Below are positions 40,156-40,407 of a stretch of 40,407 bases of DNA, piece after piece (position 1 is the first letter of the stretch; each line of letters starts with the position of its first letter). The DNA is taken from IMG/VR virus record IMGVR_UViG_3300045988_148893, positions 1-40,407 of that record; one strand, given 5' to 3'. Both the position numbers and the translations under genes were made by a program. This stretch comes from a virus. The notes beneath the pieces were generated by a model. That model saw only the letters and a program-made list of their open reading frames with translations. It ran no database searches and was not told where the DNA came from.

Positions 40156-40407
40156 TTACAATAGATACTTAGTTTTCATATAACCAACTACACCATTATA
40201 CTCAACTTTAGCATATCCTTTACCGATATACATTACATTGACTTTTGTTTTATTTGGAACTTTCTTTTTAAGGACTTTTGTTCTTGTTTTATTCCATATG
40301 TTCAATCCTTTCTTTGTTCCAAAAACTTCCTTAGTCCAAGTCTTTTTGAACTTTTCAAAGGTTCCGTAAGTTCTTTTCAACTTAGCCGGAGTATCTCCCC
40401 ACTTTCC
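40156..40407 (-). CDS. Endolysin, C-terminal part (SH3-like cell-wall-binding domain); 40319-40407 duplicates 1-89
   Basis: ..KVNVMYIGKGYAKVEYNGVVGYMKTKYLL is SH3-like. The frame is continuous with 1..497 on circularisation. Confidence 0.8.
   Translation of the reverse strand, partial: GKWGDTPAKLKRTYGTFEKFKKTWTKEVFGTKKGLNIWNKTRTKVLKKKVPNKTKVNVMYIGKGYAKVEYNGVVGYMKTKYLL
40319..40407. repeat. Terminal direct duplication (identical to 1-89)
   Basis: 89/89 identity by direct comparison. Confidence 0.95.

Larger units (their letters stand above)
1..40318. mobile_element. Complete temperate phage genome unit (contractile-tail, PBSX/Xkd-like), circularly permuted in this window
   Basis: All phage modules are present: lysogeny, replication, packaging, head, tail and lysis. 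No host-like flanks. The 89-bp terminal duplication closes the endolysin ORF in frame. Confidence 0.85.

Noticed and set aside
1-40407. tRNA, rRNA, CRISPR, recognisable excisionase/RDF or antirepressor genes
   Set aside because: No cloverleaf-like, rRNA-like or repeat-spacer structure was seen in the intergenic regions. No small ORF could be assigned as an RDF from sequence alone.

Overview
The window is one complete unit (about 40,318 bp) of a temperate, contractile-tailed phage with a PBSX/Xkd-like tail module, from a low-GC Gram-positive (Clostridia/Bacillota-like) host. It is circularly permuted. Bases 1-89 are identical to 40319-40407, and the endolysin ORF is cut by the window ends but closes in frame on circularisation.

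Nearly all genes are on the minus strand, read from about 36.9 kb down to 1:
- Early operon: 46-aa ORF, Cro-like HTH, split N6-adenine methyltransferase, RHH protein, small ORFs.
- Recombination and replication: Gp157-like, P-loop ATPase, DUF669 SSB-like, ERCC4 nuclease, initiator with iterons, primase-helicase.
- Accessory genes: HNH, YopX, small methyltransferase.
- Late control: a Zn-ribbon gene and a DUF1492-type late regulator, bracketed by intrinsic terminators.
- Packaging and head: TerS, TerL, portal, MuF, a moron cassette, scaffold, capsid, Ig-like protein, connectors.
- Tail: sheath, tube, chaperone with a -1 frameshift site, tape measure, baseplate (XkdP-U-like), fibres.
- Lysis: holin and an M15+SH3 endolysin.

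The plus strand carries the lysogeny module: CI-like repressor, ImmA-like protein, a 29-aa hydrophobic toxin-like peptide and a large serine integrase.

Items most worth follow-up:
1. A 174-bp segment flanked by 16-bp inverted repeats, next to an orphan RHH gene and a truncated toxin-like start.
2. A 16-bp perfect inverted repeat linking a promoter to the terminator in front of the late regulator.
3. A type I toxin-antitoxin-like locus with a convergent antisense RNA, between ImmA and the integrase.
4. A candidate antisense sRNA inside the genetic switch, and a 17-bp palindromic operator present twice, 530 bp apart.
5. A MuF minor head protein with a RadC/JAB-like C-terminal domain.
6. A candidate 48-bp attP overlapping the integrase stop codon.

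All family assignments come from motifs read by eye. No database search was run.
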